Assembly (NCBI RefSeq): GCF_963921235.1
Contig: NC_086097.1
Location: 41,604,001 to 41,668,000 of the forward strand
Length of the DNA stretch: 64,000 bases
Source: Mobula hypostoma
Taxonomy: Eukaryota
Direction: 5' to 3'
Part shown: in pieces, positions 62,515 to 64,000 of the stretch
How the letters are laid out: every line of letters starts with the position of its first letter
Numbering within the stretch: the first letter of the stretch is position 1
The notes under the pieces: generated by a model
Databases searched by the model: none
Told to the model about the DNA's origin: nothing
What the model saw: the letters and a program-made list of their open reading frames with translations, nothing else
Position numbers and translations under genes: made by a program

Positions 62515-63450
62515 TCCTTCCTAATCCCCTTGAAATAGGACCCTGCTCCAGTTTAGGACCCTAACCAGTAGTCCTGTCCTTTCCTTTCCATCTCTGTTTT
62601 AAAATTAATAGAATTTTAGTCACAAGAGAAGATCTAGTATTGCACCCTCCCAAGTAAGGCCCGCCATATATTGACTCAGAAAACATTCCTGGACACATTT
62701 TACAAATCCTACCCAAATCCAGGCCCTTAATATTCTAGTTAGTCTAGTTAATATGAGGGAAGTTAAAATTTCCCACAAATACATGCCTATTATTCTTACA
62801 ACAATGAGCAATTTTTCCACACTTGTGCCTCATGTTCCCGCTGACTATTGTTGGCTCTATAACAGTCCCACCCGAGTGACCCTCCCCCTGTTCCCAAGTT
62901 CTATCCATACGGCCTCATTATATGACAACCCCACCCAGTACCCCCCGCCAAGAATGTCATCTCTAATACTACTGTTATCTCCTCCTTTATTGAAAAGGCA
63001 ACACCCCATCCTTGTTTAACTGTAGCTGTAGCATCTTTATTCTGGAATACTGAGCTGTCAGTTCTACCCTTTCCTCAGCCGTGTTCCTGTTATAGCTACA
63101 ACATCCCAGTCCTCAGACCCAATTGACCTTCTGAGTCTGCCTGCCTGCCTTACCTGTTAAACCTCAAGCATTGAACTAAATACAGTTTAAGTAAATATTC
63201 CTTTCTCTGACTTTACTCTGTCCCTGGCTACCTTGATTACTAAACTGGCTACTGCTTTACCCCACGACCTGCTCCTGCTCAGGGTCACATGCCACCAGCT
63301 CCCCCCACCTCCCACCGATCTAGTCTAAATCCTCCTGTGTAGCACTAGCAAGTTTCTCTGCAAGGATACTCGTCCCTCTCTGGCTTGTGCAACCTGTCAC
63401 TCTTGTACAGGTCACCTCTACCCCAGAAATGACCCCAGCAGTTCAAGAAC
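62515..63450 (-). mobile_element. Decayed CR1 5' portion (endonuclease and ORF1 end)
   Basis: FVKCVQECFLSQY...GAILDLLL and HFWGRGDLYKSDRLH. Confidence 0.75.
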
Positions 63451-63454
63451 CTCA

Positions 63455-64000
63455 GAATTAGGCTTTTCAGTCCAGAACTACTGAGATGTTCTCCTTCAAA
63501 GAAAGGGGCTTCCCGTCCTCCACCATCAACGCTGCCCTCTTCCATTTCGTGCCTGTCTGCTCTGACCCCATCCTCCCTCTCCCACACCAAAGAATAGAAA
63601 GTCTCTTGGCCTCACCTACCATCCCACTAGCCTTTGTGTCCAGCACATAATTCTCCGTAACTTCTGCCATCTCCAAAGGGACCCCACCACCAAGCACATC
63701 TTTCTCTCCAGCACCCCCACTTTCTGCATTCTACAGCAATCGCTCCCTATGCAATTCCTTGTCCATTCGTCCCTCCCTACTGATTTCCTTCATGTGTACA
63801 CTTGCCCCTACACCTCCTCCCACCCTACCATTCTGGGCCCCAGACAATCCTTCCAGCTGAGGTGACACTTCACCTGTGAGTCTGTTGGAGTATTCTACTG
63901 TATCTGGTGTGGGAGAGGGAGTGTGGCATCCTGTATATCGATGAGAGCCAATGTAGATTGGGAGACCGCTTTGCTGAGCACCTACACTGACAGAAAAAGT
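63455..64000 (+). mobile_element. Penelope-like element fragment running off the window
   Basis: Similar to the reverse complement of 53545-54110 (HIILRNFCHLQRDPTTKHIF; CRLGDRFAEHL). Confidence 0.85.

Noticed and set aside
1..64000. CRISPR arrays, retrons, operons, rRNA or tRNA genes
   Set aside because: None seen. All reverse transcriptases belong to eukaryotic CR1, Rex1/Babar, Penelope-like or Gypsy elements, and tRNA-like boxes occur only as decayed SINE heads.

Overview
Eukaryotic (vertebrate) genomic DNA, most likely from a cartilaginous fish such as a ray; this is inferred from the repeat landscape (dense CR1 LINEs with an esterase ORF1, HE1-like V-SINEs, Rex1/Babar LINEs, Penelope-like elements). 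Most of the window is transposon-derived, and nearly all ORFs in the track are TE fragments or their antisense shadows. The only host gene I can support is the last coding exon of MDGA2 (10852-10943, + strand, GPI-signal peptide ...GGAVSVLIHIWLFSITLLIAMLSHRR*). It is too short for the ORF track and is followed by about 2.6 kb of TE-free putative 3'UTR. The first 10.8 kb would then be its last intron and the rest intergenic. Notable structures: a full-length young CR1 with a 9-bp TSD, broken by one stop codon and a solo LTR; a decayed chromoviral Gypsy element with an internal inverted duplication of its own integrase and a nested CR1; a three-level MITE>LTR>LTR nest; and several Penelope-like elements whose 3' repeats carry minimal hammerhead ribozyme motifs (one with an intact core, one rearranged into a fold-back palindrome). 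I see no convincing wholly new biological system. Boundaries of decayed repeats are approximate and no database searches were run.
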